DNA from: Phoronis australis
Lineage: Eukaryota > Animalia > Phoronida
Reading direction: 5' to 3'
DNA: 64,000 bases
Assembly (NCBI GenBank): GCA_002633005.1
Contig: NMRA01000247.1
Span: 524,851-588,850 of the forward strand
The notes below the pieces were generated by a model, which was given only the letters and a program-made list of their open reading frames with translations, searched no databases and had not been told where the DNA came from. The translations under genes were made by a program, and so were the position numbers. Positions 1 to 12,684 of the stretch are shown here, piece after piece (within the stretch, counting starts at the first letter, position 1; each line of letters opens with the position of its first letter).

Positions 1-640
1 CGATTATTGGCCATTTGTGTCGGTTTCAGAAACGTTGCTTTGAAAACTCCCCACACGGCGGTCCATGGGGTCAAGTCCTGCAGTTTGCGGAGTCTGCGGT
101 GCCGATGGCGGAGCGCTGGCAGTCCGGTCTGTCCCTGCGTTGGCGGTCGTGATGTCGCGGACTAAGTGCCGACCGGCATATATATTTTATGTGATCTCTC
201 AGTATGGCATCTGGAGCGGTCCACATACTGAAAGGCCTGACCGGCTGCCCTACGGCCACGTATCCATTAGGCCTACGGTTGGCGGAGGACCGTCCAACTG
301 GAAGAAATTCGCGCCCGCTGTCCCGCTGCCAGAAAGTGACGATCCAGTAGGTGATCGCTGTTTAATCAGCAAGTTTTTGCGGGTTTTAGTTAAGAAACGA
401 AATGTGTCGATTCCACCGTCAAAAACCGACACATTTTAAAATGCGCGTTTTCACTTTACCCTATATCGTGCCATATATCTTGGTATGAGAATTTTTCTGG
501 TGCACACGGATGTAGTTGTAACTTATAATACAAATTTAATAATTTACTTTTCTCCTTAACGAATTAAAGATTTATTCACAAAATTGACCATGTTTGGTTA
601 TTTTGGAACTAAAATCACTTTACCTGTGTTTCTATTGCAG

Positions 641-3600
641 TTTCCTGTCACAAAGAAAGAGTTTGGATCCATTTCATCTATTGATTTCTCACCTGTACAA
701 CCATATAACTTTGCAACAACTTGTTCTACAAAGGTATTTTGTACTGGGTGTATGAACATGGTAGTTGTTTTCTTCATAGAAAACACTTGTTCATATCCGC
801 CTGCTTTCCATTATTATTTATTATTCAGTTTTAGTTTTAATCTATGGCAAGTATGTAAGTGCAGTTGATGTATTTATGATAGAAGTGTTTTTTTGAGGAT
901 AACAGTACTTGCCTTATCTAAAAATTGGTAACATTTTGGTCTTTCAGAGGTTCAATGTCACAAATCAAAGACACCTTCTTAAATTACCAATCTGACCTAA
1001 AATTATGTTAAAAAATGAAATAGATATGTAATTGTGGTCACCAACTTGACTTATAACGCGTTCTGAGCTCCTGAGAGTTCATAAACAAATGATATGTTTG
1101 GTGGCAGTCTGAACAAGAAGCGATAAAATAGCTTTTAAAGTTTGTTGTATGATGACAATAATGACTAGCTGTGCTTTTTTATTGTCATTGACCTTTGTTG
1201 ATGATTCATTTCCTGTTGTATTTGAAGGTTCAAATTCACAGTATCCGTACCAATCAGGTGGAGAAGACATTTTCTAAGTTCAAGGAAGAAGCCTATGGCG
1301 GCTGTTTTCGCAGCGATGGTCGCCTTTTGGTGGCGGGAGGTGCAGAGAAACTGGTCAAGATGTTTGATGTCTCCAGCAAATCACTTCTCCGTGTATTTCG
1401 CGGTCATGTTGGGTAGGTGCTGTAATGACACCCACTTTGATGTGGGTCTTGGAAATTGCTTTTACTGAGGATTCTGCAAGGTAGCTTTTCTGTTTGATTT
1501 AAAATATCTTTTCTTGTCTCAGCAAGTCCAATGAGTAATAATCTAAGAACAGACATTTTGTTTGCTTGACATACTACCTTTTATGTCACATCCAATTTTA
1601 CTGATATTCACAATGCTTGTCACTGCCTTGTTGACAAACCAGAATCTATCATTTCATATTTGGTTAATGATCTATACATAGTAGAATAAGTTCAGTTTAA
1701 ATAAAAATGAAAGAAGAACCTTGAATCTTTTGTCTTTCCTCTAGTGCCGTTCATGTGACGTGCTTCACGCGCGACAATCGTCATGTGATGTCTGCCTCGG
1801 ATGACTACAGTATACGACTGTGGGACATTGCCAGTGAATCACAGACCGCATGCTACTCCGAGCACACGGATTATGTGCGCTCAGGTGTGACCAGTTTGGC
1901 TAGTAATGACATACTGGTGACAGGTAAAGTTGGTGCATTGAGTTATTATTTATGAAACTGATGCCTTTTATTTGGTACAAACAGGGTTTGCCATGTAGTG
2001 AGCTGCATGTTGCATTTGTGACCTAAAATGTGGAAAGAAAGGCCAAGATTTTCTACAAGTTGTGTGAGATCTTAATGTGCAATTTGAAATTTCCAAGTGA
2101 ATTACTTGCATCCTGCACAAAAAAGCTTATGTTTTTAGTTTTGCTAATCACTCAATCAACTTTGTTTCTGCAATAAAGACCTTAGGCCTGTCGTACAAAA
2201 ACAGCATTTAGATTTTTAAGAGTGTAACAAGTTCTCACAAAGTTGAAAAGTTGAGAAAACATTTCTACAAAGGTGAACAAGTTGTGCATTGTGATTTCTT
2301 GACATCAGTTTAATGAACTTAAATATCGTAGGGTTCTTACAGTAATACATGTTAATAGACCTTTCAGTCCAGCGAATATATTATAATTAAAAAGAAAATG
2401 ATATTCGTCCTCAATAATATTAGGACAGAAAGGATGCACTCTGTCTGCCCAGTCAATATCTAAGTGTCTGCCTACTTCAATTAATGGTTAGTGATTTTAA
2501 CAACGATAGCGATCGTTTTATCGATATCAAATATTTTAGGTGTGCAGCAGCACCAGCAGCAGTTCAGCCTTCTTCCTCTACACTACACACTGCTGACAGT
2601 GTTTGAACTTTCCTTGCAGCAGAGCTGGTCAAAATACTGTTGAACAACCCTGTCATTACCAGCATTTTAACACAGTGCAGCTTAAAGGAGAATGCCACCC
2701 GATTTAATTAGTCTTTTTTACTGTCTTAATCGGTCTATATCCACATCGCCTCGCATGCGGTGGACCTTACCTTGCTGAGAGGTGTCGCGTTAACCTGTAA
2801 GAAAGGTGAGAAACGATGCAGCGACGTCAGGGGTTCATTTGCATAGTGAATGCCACTATGTTGCACGGTGCATTGTTCCCGCTTGTCCGAAGCGGGTGTA
2901 TTGTTTTTTCGAGAGTACAAAATGCTTAGGACGTGGCTCGCGTTAGTGAAGAATGAAAAGTACGCTGTGAATAGCAAGTTTGAGGCCGTGAAACATATGT
3001 GTCTGTTGGTTACCAAAAAACTATCCATATGTTCCGTTGCCTGTGCAAGTTCACGGCGCCTCTCTAGTATTTCTTGATCACTGTATTCCGGTTCAAACTG
3101 ATAGCCTGTGAAACCTAACAATCCACCTGCGAAATCTTTGTCAAATGAGCTCTCCTCTATGTTGGGATTGTGAGTTGCCATGTTTACGTTTATTATGCTG
3201 CGTTCTGTTTCAAAATGAATTATTCTCAACTTAAGTAATGGTGATATAAAACTGAAACAAAGTCTGTCTCATTAGATACAATTTGTAATGCCTTTGGAGT
3301 ATTCGTGAGTGCAAATGTTTTGACAAGCCAGTAATGAATGAATAAACCACTGTGTTACCGGTTTCAGATGCAATAAAGGTAATTGACCAGGCACCTAGGC
3401 CGTGTGAGCGCATGCTAATTCAGTGTTTGCTGACAGAAAGCTGTTGTGAAACAATTACTCCATTTTATATGCTATGGTCACATGTTAGGGGAATCTTTAT
3501 TTAGATATACGAATACATTATTCACATCATTGTTACTGTACAACTTTTGCCCTGACGATTCTGTAAAAGGGCAACTTGACTTCGCGGTCCCCGACAAGTA

Positions 3601-6600
3601 AGTAGACTTGCAGTTTCGTGCCTAATTCACCAAAATAATTACGTGCACATTATTTCTTTGCCTTACTAATATAGTCTTTTCGTGACTGGAGGTTAGTTTC
3701 CAACTTAAGCTGGTTTATGTTCGTGATGTCCAGTCCCGGCGGCCATGATGTGCCTGATCGCGTTCTGAGACACTGGCTGAGATAATGAGCGTTTTGTGTG
3801 TTTAGAACTGAAAAATCGCAAGTCTGAAAGTACAACACACAGATATCTTTCATATCTGTATTTCGCAGAAGAATGATTCGAATTTATCACCAAGCAGACC
3901 CAAACTCCTGCGATTGACCATGATAAATTGGCCTACCGAACTTTGGAGTCTACACTTGGCCTTTGACTGAACTCTGTAGGCTACGTTCAATTACCTATAA
4001 CAGGGCTTGGAATTTTCCGTGGAAACGCAGATTTCCGCTTTTTTCAAATGTGCTTTCCACTTTTTTTATAATATTTCCGCGTAAAAAAATCGTATTTGAT
4101 ATAAAATTTCCGCGGCAAATTCCTTTCTTACCGCGGCGTTGCAGACGACGTTCACCTCGAAAAGCGGAGGTTGCTCTTTATGTTCGGAGGAACGTAAATT
4201 GTCAACATTGCCGGGGCATCTGGGATAGCGTGGTGTGATTTTCAATGGCGTCTCATGTTATTGGTAAGCGCGGCGACAAATACTACCGCTCTGCAGCCAA
4301 AAATGTGTGGGTTGGGAGTAGACGGGCGATGATTTGGGCCGTAAAAGTTTTCAAAGTTTCCGCGTTTTTTGTCATTGGTCATTCCAAGCCCTGCTATAAA
4401 TCTGTAACACTAAAATAAAACAACACGTTTGTTCAAAAACTCTATGTATTTGTAAGGCTTTTACATCGTAATTTGATGATTTATTGGTATAAAACGATGA
4501 ATTCAAGCGATAATTTGACACCAGTAAGTGTGTTGTGAATGGCTGAACAGACTGCGTTCGAACCAATTAAGTCATTGGTTAATTTCAACACCTCTGTCTG
4601 CTGTCAGGTGTCAGGGGAAACAATTGAAGTTGCTGTTATTCGAATGGAACTACTCGGTTTAAATTGATACAAAATAGGTTGTTTTTTGGTTGGCATTCTC
4701 CTTTAACTGTTTCGCCTTGGCACCTCATGTATGAAACCTTTCACCAGTGTGATGAACATTTTAGCCGTACACTACCTTGTAATAGAACTGTCCGTGGGTG
4801 AAGGTCTGTGTATTTTTGTGTGCATTTCTCAGGGCTTGGAATTTTGCTCTTTTAAGAGGATTTCCTCTTTGTTGGTTTTGATTTCCTCTTATTTGATTTC
4901 CAGTTACCGTTTTTTTTTTTTCGTCTTTTTATCATTATTTGAACTTTATTCATGCAAAATGAATCTCACAAATAATATTTCTTTCACCCAAGCCTATTTA
5001 TTTGTGGAATGAAACATCACTTGTCAGGAAAAGTTTCCTGTTTTTTGTCATTGGTCATTTTAAGCACCGATTTCTGGGCCAGCATAACTGGAGTGCGGCC
5101 CATAGCCGCACACCAACAACGTTGTGTTCACGCAAGTTCAACAGGTTTGTAAAGGTCCTAGTAAAAACACGTTTCTTTAGAAAACGCTTCTTCTTTTCTA
5201 ATCAATACAGTTCGGTGTATTATCACATAATTCTTGTATTAAGTAACATGGTGGTAAAACGTGCAGTGTGAATATTGTATTAATTAACATGGTGGTACAA
5301 CGTGCAGTGTGAATATTGTTGTTATACCAAGTATAAAACTATTATTTAACATTTCAGGCTCTTATGACCACTCTGTGAGATTGTTTGACAGCCGTGTTCC
5401 CAAGTCAGTATTCACAATGGATCATGGTAGTCCTGTAGAGAGTGTGCTCATGTTTCCTGGGGGAGGAGTCGTGCTATCGGCAGGTGAGAGAGTCGGCTAG
5501 GTGTATGTGGTTACTGCAAATTACTGTCGGGCTCTGGGTGATAAAAATGAGAATTGTCATGAAACTCCACGTTTTGTCATAAAACAAATAGCTCTAATAC
5601 CCAGCAACCGTCACCTACCGGTCCGTGAAAACTGTTTAAACCAAAAACATTAACTTAAAAACATGTGATGTAATTATTTATGTAAATCTGATAATACAAC
5701 ACTTATCTTGACATAAAAATGAAAATAACAAATTTACAACACAATACTTTAGCGTGTATCGAGTCTATACGTACGTCTTTTTTGCAGATTACTTAATGGT
5801 AACTCATGTTACGTCTTTACCAGTATTCCAGAAGAAGACCAGACACTATTATTTCAATACAGAATGCCGTTAACATGGAAACTTGCCAACCTTTTGGTTT
5901 TTGTAAGAAGTTCAATAACTGGTGATAATTGTTAAAGCAACTTCATTTATTGAAATTCATGTTTTAATTAGTGTCGATCACTTTCCTGTACCTGTCTCTT
6001 AGTGATTTTTCTGTCATCCATCAGGTGGCACTGACATCAAGGTATGGGACACACTGGCCGGTGGCCGTCTGCTGGCTCAGTTCAGTAACCACCACAAGAC
6101 AGTGACCAGTCTGTGCTTCTGTAGTGACCATCAACGACTCATGTCTGGTTCTCTGGACAGGTAACCTCACATACATTCATACCTGTCTTGTTACCAGTGA
6201 CTCAGCATGTGGTGAAGTATGGTTCAGTGTACAAAAAGTCCTCTGCAAGGCTCATTATTTTCGAAAAATATGTGGCATTATTGTATTTAGCCAGTGAGGA
6301 TTGGCGGTGCGCGAATCTTGTTTTGGAGAAAACTAGTGATAGGATACTGGCAGACATGCACACGTGCTGCATACCAAACTGTGTAATGTGCTCTCCCAAT
6401 GTTTTTTTATTTCGTCTGCCTTTTAAAGACTTTCCCCAAAGTTTCAGTGGAGATTTGGGGATGACCACAGGTGTTTGACAGGTCATTTAATTGCAACTTA
6501 AGTGAAAAAAAAACAATGGCAAGAGTCATTTCGACAATATTATTTGGAACTAAAAAACAATAAACAATACACTCGTCATCTGTCATTATTTGTAGCAGTT

Positions 6601-9600
6601 ATGTTTGCTCTGATTAGGTCATTTATATCATTGTTTGATATCTTTACTTAAACTGAGCCAAGCCCGAGTTCACACAGTGTTAAAATGATGAATTTTTTAA
6701 CATAATATAATGCTCCAGTACAAGATCACCTCCATATTCAGGTTAGTCTCGCATGTAAGCCCTTTCCTGTTTTTTCAAGTAAGAAGAGGCAGTGACACCT
6801 AGTGGGATAAGTGTGTGCTTCCTTTACTCAAGGTCATGGGTTCAAGTCCTACTAGTGCACATTGCTAGATCCTTGAGTCCGGTATCTAGCTCCTCAGCTC
6901 AGTTTTATCTATATATATTAATGAATCATAAACATGTTTCCAAGTGATCAGTGCAATGGGCTCACCTGAGCGACCTGCGCACATATGGTGCAACACGTAC
7001 CAGACCACCTGCAATTATTTTTTCTCAAACATAGGGTCACCCTCTCTTACCTCTTAGTTAAGGTTCATTATACCCGTTATCTCACTTGCGCCCAGTCGCG
7101 AGGTAGACTAGTACAAACCTGCCTCGAAAAACAGATCCCAACAGCGTGCATTCATTGAGTGTGTAGTACAAGCCCATGGCCTTATACACGAATGTTCGAT
7201 AGTTACCATCTGGTATAAAGCCACCTACATTTGTTATTATTATACTTGCGCAGATGCAGTGGATCCAGGATTTTGTGAGTTGAGTGCGCATCTTGCAATC
7301 TTGTTCCATCGCTTGCTGACATTTGTTTGTTTCTTTGTTTAACGGGGCAGTGGAACACCCAAGTATTTCTTGAGGCAGTCATGTAAGTGTGTGTGTTTGT
7401 GTATGAATGATTGCTTTATTTGTCTTCCTCTCTTTCCCAGGCATGTGAAGATCTATGATGTCACCAGCTACCAAGTTGTCCACACTCTTGATTACCCTGC
7501 TCCAGTCATGAGTCTGGGGATATCTGTAAGCAATTTTGTGCTGTTCACATTGATGAAGCAAAAAAGTTGTCATTCTTTACACGGCATGTACTCAATAAAA
7601 TTTATTGTAAATATTTAGACGCTGAGGTGAAACACCGCTCGTGGCTTGTATGACATAACAGTTTGCTGTAAACAATAAAATTTTTGTTAAATTTAATTAC
7701 ACATATTCCAAGAAATTTGATTTGACTCCTCAAACTTTGTTATGTTCTATCGTTGGTAATAGCCTGTGATGCATGCTCATGATAGAATTCTATAGTGCAT
7801 GAATTGCAGCCAAACTTTTGGTAGTAAGATCGTGTCTATTGTGTTCTAGCCTGACAACAAAGTCCTTGTTGTCGGTATGAGTGACGGACTACTTTCAATA
7901 CAGCACAAGAAAGCTGATGATGTTCCCGTTTCCAAGTCCAAAAAGCACGATAAGGCGTCGTTCAAGTACATTGTAAAAAGTCACACACCAATTAAGGTTT
8001 GTTGTGTTTTAGCTGCGTTTGAGAACACTGAGTTACATTGGTATGATGACAGGTTTGTGCTTCAGTCTTGTCTTCAATTTTGTGAAATTGATGTGACATA
8101 TTGCTGCAAGTCAAAAGCTGAGGTCAGTGTTGTACAGAAAATTGTATCAGTTATTAAGTTAGGGTTAGTTGAAATCAATATTCAATCGTTTCATTTGTTG
8201 TTACGTCAGTCTTAACTTCTGAATTGAAAAGTAAGTGGGTAAGTGGGTTTTTTGTTTCATCTAAGTGCCTAAAATCTGGTCACAACACAGTTTGTGTGTT
8301 TTTGACATTTTTCATCATTTAAAAGTACTGTAACTGTTTTAAATGTTGTAGTGTTACCACTTTAAAACTGAAACTGAGATGTATAAGCCTGAAGATTATT
8401 TTTGGTGTAAATCACCTCACAATAAATGACGTTGGCCCTAATAAACCATTGGCTATTCAAATTGCAACTGTTTGAAGATGCAGATGCAAGGATTAGCCGC
8501 GCTTTTTCCCGAAATTTCTTCAAATTTGATTCTCTCCAAAACTGTTCATGACTCTCTGCAGGAGGACCATGTGGTGCAACACAAGCGCAGGATACAGCTG
8601 AGTCGGTACGACAAATACTTGAAGACATTTCAGTATAGTAAGGCACTGGAAGCAGCATTAGATGTAAGTATAGCGCCGAGGGGGCTTAGTAAGTATACGA
8701 GGGCTGATTCAGTAAAGTTATGTAGGACTGTCCTAGTTTAGCCAACTTCGGAACACTTTACCTCAGAAATGACTGATCGGATTCACGTGAAACGTTCAGA
8801 TACTGTGCTTTATACACTGTTCTTCAATATGCTGTTAGGAATTGTTTTTAGAATGTTCCACTTTTGGATGAGGGGGTATCAAAAATAGGACTTTAGGCTT
8901 TTTATAAAATAGTTCAAAGTTGCCTAAAATGAACTGATAATTTAGAAAAGTGTTGCAGCGTCGTTGAGATTTTATCTTGAACAGTTAGATCATAATGAAA
9001 TGTGGCTATGTTGTTGATCCTGGTGTTTTGCTATGAATGTACCTTTCTTTTTGCTAAAATTTTCTAAAGAAAACAAGGTCGTGTGTCTTAATTAGCGGCA
9101 TATTGATGTAAAAATCAAGCGCTACTGAATTTTTACTTTTAGAAAGTGATACACTTTTGACGAGCATAATTCTATAGTTTTGTAGATATTTGGCTAAATG
9201 TACAAACTTTTCGATAACATCTTATACAGAACCTTAATGATCTGGGAAGAGGATGCAGATATGAGATCTGGCCACTCACAGTTCTTGACAAACTTTTAAC
9301 TTTGAACAATTGCCTAAAAATTTCCTTGGCCTGATGAAGTCTGCTACATGAAAACCTGGCATAAGCTAAGTTTCTGGTGGGGAGTAAAATTTTTATTCAA
9401 TGATTAAAAAGATGGTAGCAAAGCTTTTTGGATTTATGGGAAATTTTTGTTTTTGGGTTTAGGCCAAAAATACTACCTATCCCTTCTGCTGGAAAACTGC
9501 TTGCCACCAGTCATCCACATGTCTTGGCTGAGGACAATGAATGACACTGGACATTTTGAAGAACATCTTTAATTAAATGAAATGATTGACATTTTTGTTC

Positions 9601-12600
9601 GAGAAAATTTCTAGGGTGTACTAACATGAAGCAGCTTGAGCCTCTTGAATAATTTTTCTTACTTCACCATCTATACACGTGATCAACTACTACTCCTGCC
9701 ATCTTGCTGCAAATGACGACATAATTACGCACATTTGCACCATTTGAGCAACACGCATCTTTTAAAATGATATGCTAGATTTGTTTTAGATGATGGAAAG
9801 AGACTTAAAAACTTGCTGCATGCCCAAACCAGGTCTATTTTGATGAAGTTCAATACTTTCTTGCGACTTACTACTAAAATTTCTTTTTAGTTGCGTGTCA
9901 GGAATAAGACGCCAGATGTCACTGTCAGTGTTTTCCTAGAGCTGATACGACGTGATGGACTGAAGGCTGCACTTGCCGGACGTGATGATAAGTCGCTAAG
10001 TATCATACTCAAATTTTTACAAAAGTAAGTGTGGACTAAACTAAGGCAAATAATGAGTTTATAACTGTTGCTAAGTTCCCTGTTGTTAGGGTGATAGCTG
10101 GATGACTTAGTGTAAGTAAGACCACCAGGAGAAAAGTGACCTAGTATTTGGTTATTCATGTGTCAGGTGCTAGGTTAAGGTTATTTCATTGTGTTTTTAA
10201 CTGTATATTTAAATTTGCAAATTTGTTACAAGAAAATGCACCAGGGCTGTTCCAGCAAAATCTGTATGGGAGGGGGGGAAGGCACTTTTATTTCGTACCC
10301 ACCGCCCATATTTTTCATTTATTTCTCCAACCCATGACCCATAATTTTTTAATTATTTTTAATAGGTTAAAATATAAAATCCAACACTTGCAAACAAACT
10401 GCCTCCAGGAGGACCTGTTAAGAACTTAGATGATTGACAGACAAGAACTAGTTGTCTTGTCCAATATTGTCAAAAACTAAAGTAGCCTGTGAGCAATACT
10501 TTTGGCAGCCACCAGGTGTCTCTGTTCACCATGTGTCTATAATTTCAATGAACATTTTTTCAATTATAAGGATCTATGAATCTCAAACTGTCTCCACGAT
10601 ATCTTTTATACTTCTATGTTAAGTGAATATTGGAACTTGTTTATCTTACTCCTCATAATTTTTATTTAAAAATCATCAATTTTCTTATATGTGTTAACAC
10701 CAGTTTAGTGTTGCATAACTTTTCAATTCAATAGGACTGCAGACAAACAGTTGGCTCAAATCAAGTGACTTGATTAATGGCTAAGTGAACATATTGCACT
10801 CTGTTCACTGGCAATATGGGCTTTTTTGTATCGGCTTGTTTTGAGTTTTGAGGGCTGAAGTAACCAACCTGTCAACATTAACAGGACAAAAAATACCACC
10901 CATTTTTAATGCATCACTTCTTACAGGAACGACCACCCATAATTTGTGTTTTTTTCTGAAGACCACCACCCATGAATTTTTATTTCTACTGCTGTCCCCC
11001 CCTCCCACACGGATTTTACTGGAACAGCCCCACCAGTTGAAAGATTGCTAATTATCAAAATATATCAAATGCAGAAATGCAGCATCTTGTTGGTTAAGGG
11101 GAACTGTTGCCAATATTCTGCTTTTGTGGAATTAAAAAACCCTTCAGATAAAAGAGCAATATCTTCTGAACACTTATGTCAACATGTTTAGTTTGTGTCT
11201 CAACATTGCAATAGGTGAATCCTGTGTGTGCGCTTTTGTGAAGTGAAGTTACTTTAATTCACAGTCTAGTGTTACCAAGGCTTGTGGGTTCTACTGAGTA
11301 TTCGCAATTGCTTTGCGAAACTTTCTCAATGGTAATAATCTAACATTGCTGATGTCTTATATTTTCTTTTACAGAAATATTAGCAATGTCAAGTTTATGA
11401 CATGTTTAGTCGATGTCTCCAATGTCTTGCTAGGTAAGCATGCATTTGTACTTTTATTGCAGGGTTAACCCAGGGTAGTTTTTCTTTAGCTAGGTTTGAT
11501 CGAGCTTGACCGCATTTAGTAATACATCACCTTATTCATATTCTTCTTCATTACTCAGTTTGAAAAAGTCTTCCGGATGAATATAAAGTTAGATCAGGCT
11601 TGTCAAGAATTTTTGAAGGGACTTGTTTGGCCTGTCACATTTGAACACTGAATACAGAGTTTGGAAAAGCTTTGAAAATCTTGCCTCTGCTGTGCAAGCA
11701 TGAACAAGATTACTACTGGTCAGTAACATAATTTAAGCTGATTGTCTTTACGTCGTGCACAAATTATCATTTCATCATTAGCTTACCTAACATCTGCACT
11801 CAACATTTCATTATGAACTGAGCTAACATTTACATTGTCCCATTTCATTATGAACTGAGCTAACTTGCACAGTGGTCATTTCATCATGCACTGAGATAAT
11901 ATGCACTCTCATCATTTCCAGTGTTATTGGTAGTGTTGGTGTGTTTAATTAGTTACAAGTACAAACCAGCACCACCCCAGGCAATTGTATTCTATTGTCA
12001 CAGTAGTTTATGATAACACTGTTGTTGTAATAAATGTCAGTGAATTGCTGTTTTTAAAATTTATCCATCACATCAACTGTTGCACATTTTCTCTTATTAA
12101 ACTCAGCATTTGTTTAATTTATTTAATTTTACCTTTACAGGTATAGACCTCTTTCTTGGAAATACTTAGTTTATTATTGGGAGTAGGACCACCAAACGCC
12201 AAAATCTGATGCAAAATACTATGAAGCAGTTGAAGCTTTGTTCATTTTCATTCATTTTCTTTCCCCTTAAAATAGTCTGCTTAACTAGAGACTTTAACTT
12301 TAAAATCTACACATCAAGTAGTGGACTACCTTCTCTATAATTTCCATAAAACAAGATTTAAAGATATATTGAGTGAGAAAAAAATTCTTTGTTATGGGTA
12401 GACCAATCGTTGTTAACTTGTTGTAGAGTATATGTATGTCATGAATTGTTTTAGAACTGTATACACCTCACGTGGGCCAATCATCTGAACTTGACAGTCT
12501 ATTGCTGAGACTTAAGGAAACTATTGACTTGGAAGTCAACTACATGAAGAAACTGATGCAGGTGATGGGCACCATGGATACAATATTGGCAGCATCCAAT

Positions 12601-12684
12601 AGGAACATTGTGGAGGTTGCTCCAACAGAGAATGATATTAAGCATGCTGTTTTGCAACCATCAGTGGCGGCACAAGCTTTATAG
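641..12684 (+). CDS. UTP15: U3 snoRNA-associated protein 15 (WD40 repeats + UTP15 C-terminal domain), 5'-partial. Exons 641-733, 1228-1412, 1745-1923, 5358-5483, 6025-6160, 7441-7525, 7850-7996, 8562-8663, 9891-10024, 11375-11433, 12455-12684
   Basis: All exons have AG/GT boundaries with compatible phases. The spliced protein ([13 protein letters not shown]..., [84 protein letters not shown]) is colinear with vertebrate UTP15. About 30 N-terminal codons are missing and should lie upstream of the window. Confidence 0.96.
2686..4702. mobile_element. Kolobok-type non-autonomous DNA transposon in UTP15 intron
   Basis: TIRs AGGAGAATGCCA...TGGCATTCTCCT flanked by TTAA (2682-2685, 4703-4706). A minus-strand ORF remnant from ATG 3181 carries [10 protein letters not shown], a PY-x-FEP-type motif I associate with Kolobok accessory ORFs. 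A paralogous right half lies at about 51.8-52.4 kb. Confidence 0.75.
4001..4393. mobile_element. MITE nested in the Kolobok element, CAGGG termini, 6-bp TSD
   Basis: TIR CAGGGCTTGGAAT...ATTCCAAGCCCTG with CTATAA on both sides. The paralogous copy at about 52165 has a single CTATAA (empty site). A second truncated left end is at 4829. Confidence 0.8.
6787..7085 (+). mobile_element. tRNA-derived SINE-like element (degenerate)
   Basis: A-box-like TGACACCTAGTGG and B-box GGTTCAAGTCC at tRNA-like spacing, followed by an unrelated body. Boundaries are approximate. Confidence 0.45.
10244..11030. mobile_element. MITE with GGGCTGTTCCAG termini (PIF/Harbinger-group-like)
   Basis: TIR GGGCTGTTCCAGCAAAATCTGT...ACGGATTTTACTGGAACAGCCC flanked by the 5-bp direct repeat CACCA. 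Confidence 0.75.
11768..11918. repeat. Minisatellite, about 37-bp unit x4
   Basis: Recurrent CATTTCAT(T/C)ATG(A/C)ACTGAG(C/A)TAA unit. Confidence 0.7.

Noticed and set aside
65-439. GC-rich 124-aa ORF at the window start
   Set aside because: No recognisable motif and no match to the UTP15 N-terminus. It lies in UTP15 intron 1 and is more likely a transposon end.
8043-8121. Possible intronic C/D snoRNA (ATGATGA...CTGA, about 80 nt) in UTP15
   Set aside because: No terminal stem, no clear C'/D' boxes, and no rRNA-complementary guide that I could recognise.
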